The notes beneath the pieces are model-generated. The model saw nothing but the letters and a program-made list of their open reading frames with translations. It had not been told where the DNA came from and ran no database searches. The position numbers and the translations under genes were made by a program. Of a stretch of DNA of 64,000 nucleotides, positions 63,261 through 64,000 are shown piece by piece. Source of the DNA: Nemertoderma westbladi (taxonomy: Eukaryota > Animalia > Xenacoelomorpha); the NCBI GenBank assembly GCA_032718475.1, contig JAUCBJ010007696.1:106384-170383 (forward strand). Reading direction: 5' to 3'. Position 1 is the first letter of the stretch; each line of letters opens with the position of its first letter.

Positions 63261-64000
63261 GATTTTAAAAAATTAGCACCACCCCTTATCAAATTTCCTA
63301 CATTCCTATAGAAATGCTATAAGAATTTATAAGCGAAAAAAATACATAAATCTAATTGAATAATGAGTCAATAACAGGTGAGTTTCTTTAATTGGTCTAG
63401 TATATTCTATTCTGAACCGAAAACTTTGTGGTTATATTCTATAAAATTACATCATATAAGAATACAAGTTTATCTAACTAGATTGGCAATTTCTATTCTG
63501 AAAAATTGTAAAAGTATAAATGTTTTCAAATTAGAATGGTAAATTTCTAATCTAAAATATTGCATAAGAATAAATTTATCTCTAACAAGACCGGCAATTT
63601 CTCAAATTAGACAGTAATTGTAAATTTCTGTTCTAAAAAATAGACAAATATACCTAACAAAACAATAGTTAATGATAAGATAATCATTATTAAGTGCCTC
63701 TAATTGGCCTAGTTCAGGTAGATATCCATATTCCAGTTGGCAATCGACCTACTTGGAGTCGCATCGTCACATACATCATTTTCCTAGTGTCACTTCATAG
63801 TGTCACTATAATCATCATATTCGAAGTTGTCGATACTGATGTTGTCTGAATCCAAAATCGCAGCAATTGTGTTATCAGTCATGTCAGTGTCTGTGTCAGA
63901 GAAAGAATCCAAACTGTCGCTCTCTCCCTCAATCGCAGACTCGCTCTCTTGATGATAATTTCCGTTACGAATGATCCTTCTTCTTACTCCCATAGAGTGA

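Noticed and set aside
63700-63993. Acidic 67-aa ORF as a host gene exon
   Set aside because: Short and low complexity with no recognisable domain; it lies at the window edge next to a possible transposon end, so it cannot be supported.

Overview
AT-rich animal (invertebrate-type) genomic DNA with spliceosomal introns; it is not prokaryotic. (1) Bases 1-14062 are a 64/70-bp satellite of roughly 210 copies that starts before the window. Its unit is a spliceosomal 3' splice site plus the first bases of an exon, and the last copy runs straight into an RS-rich terminal exon (RSPLHSRSRSISPRGRYNRNGYD*), probably the end of an SR-type gene. (2) There are two single-ORF genes on the + strand: a Cys-rich secreted, probably GPI-anchored protein (19642-20316), and a disordered protein with KxTQT, RxxSxP and BH3-like motifs (22209-23135), a candidate BH3-only apoptosis regulator. 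(3) A complete-looking TRIP12 (ARM-WWE-HECT E3 ligase) gene lies on the - strand, with only three coding exons (60478-60381, 47758-46501, 41823-37168; 2003 aa). (4) Mobile DNA is dense: hAT, Mutator, Sola2-like and Kolobok-like MITEs with readable TSDs, tRNA-derived SINEs, RTE and CR1/L2 LINE remnants, and a decayed CRE-like retrotransposon with Ulp1-protease and PHD domains nested in TRIP12 intron 1. Two smaller tandem arrays (68/72 bp and 31 bp) are also present. All calls were made by eye with no database searches; copy numbers and repeat boundaries are approximate.
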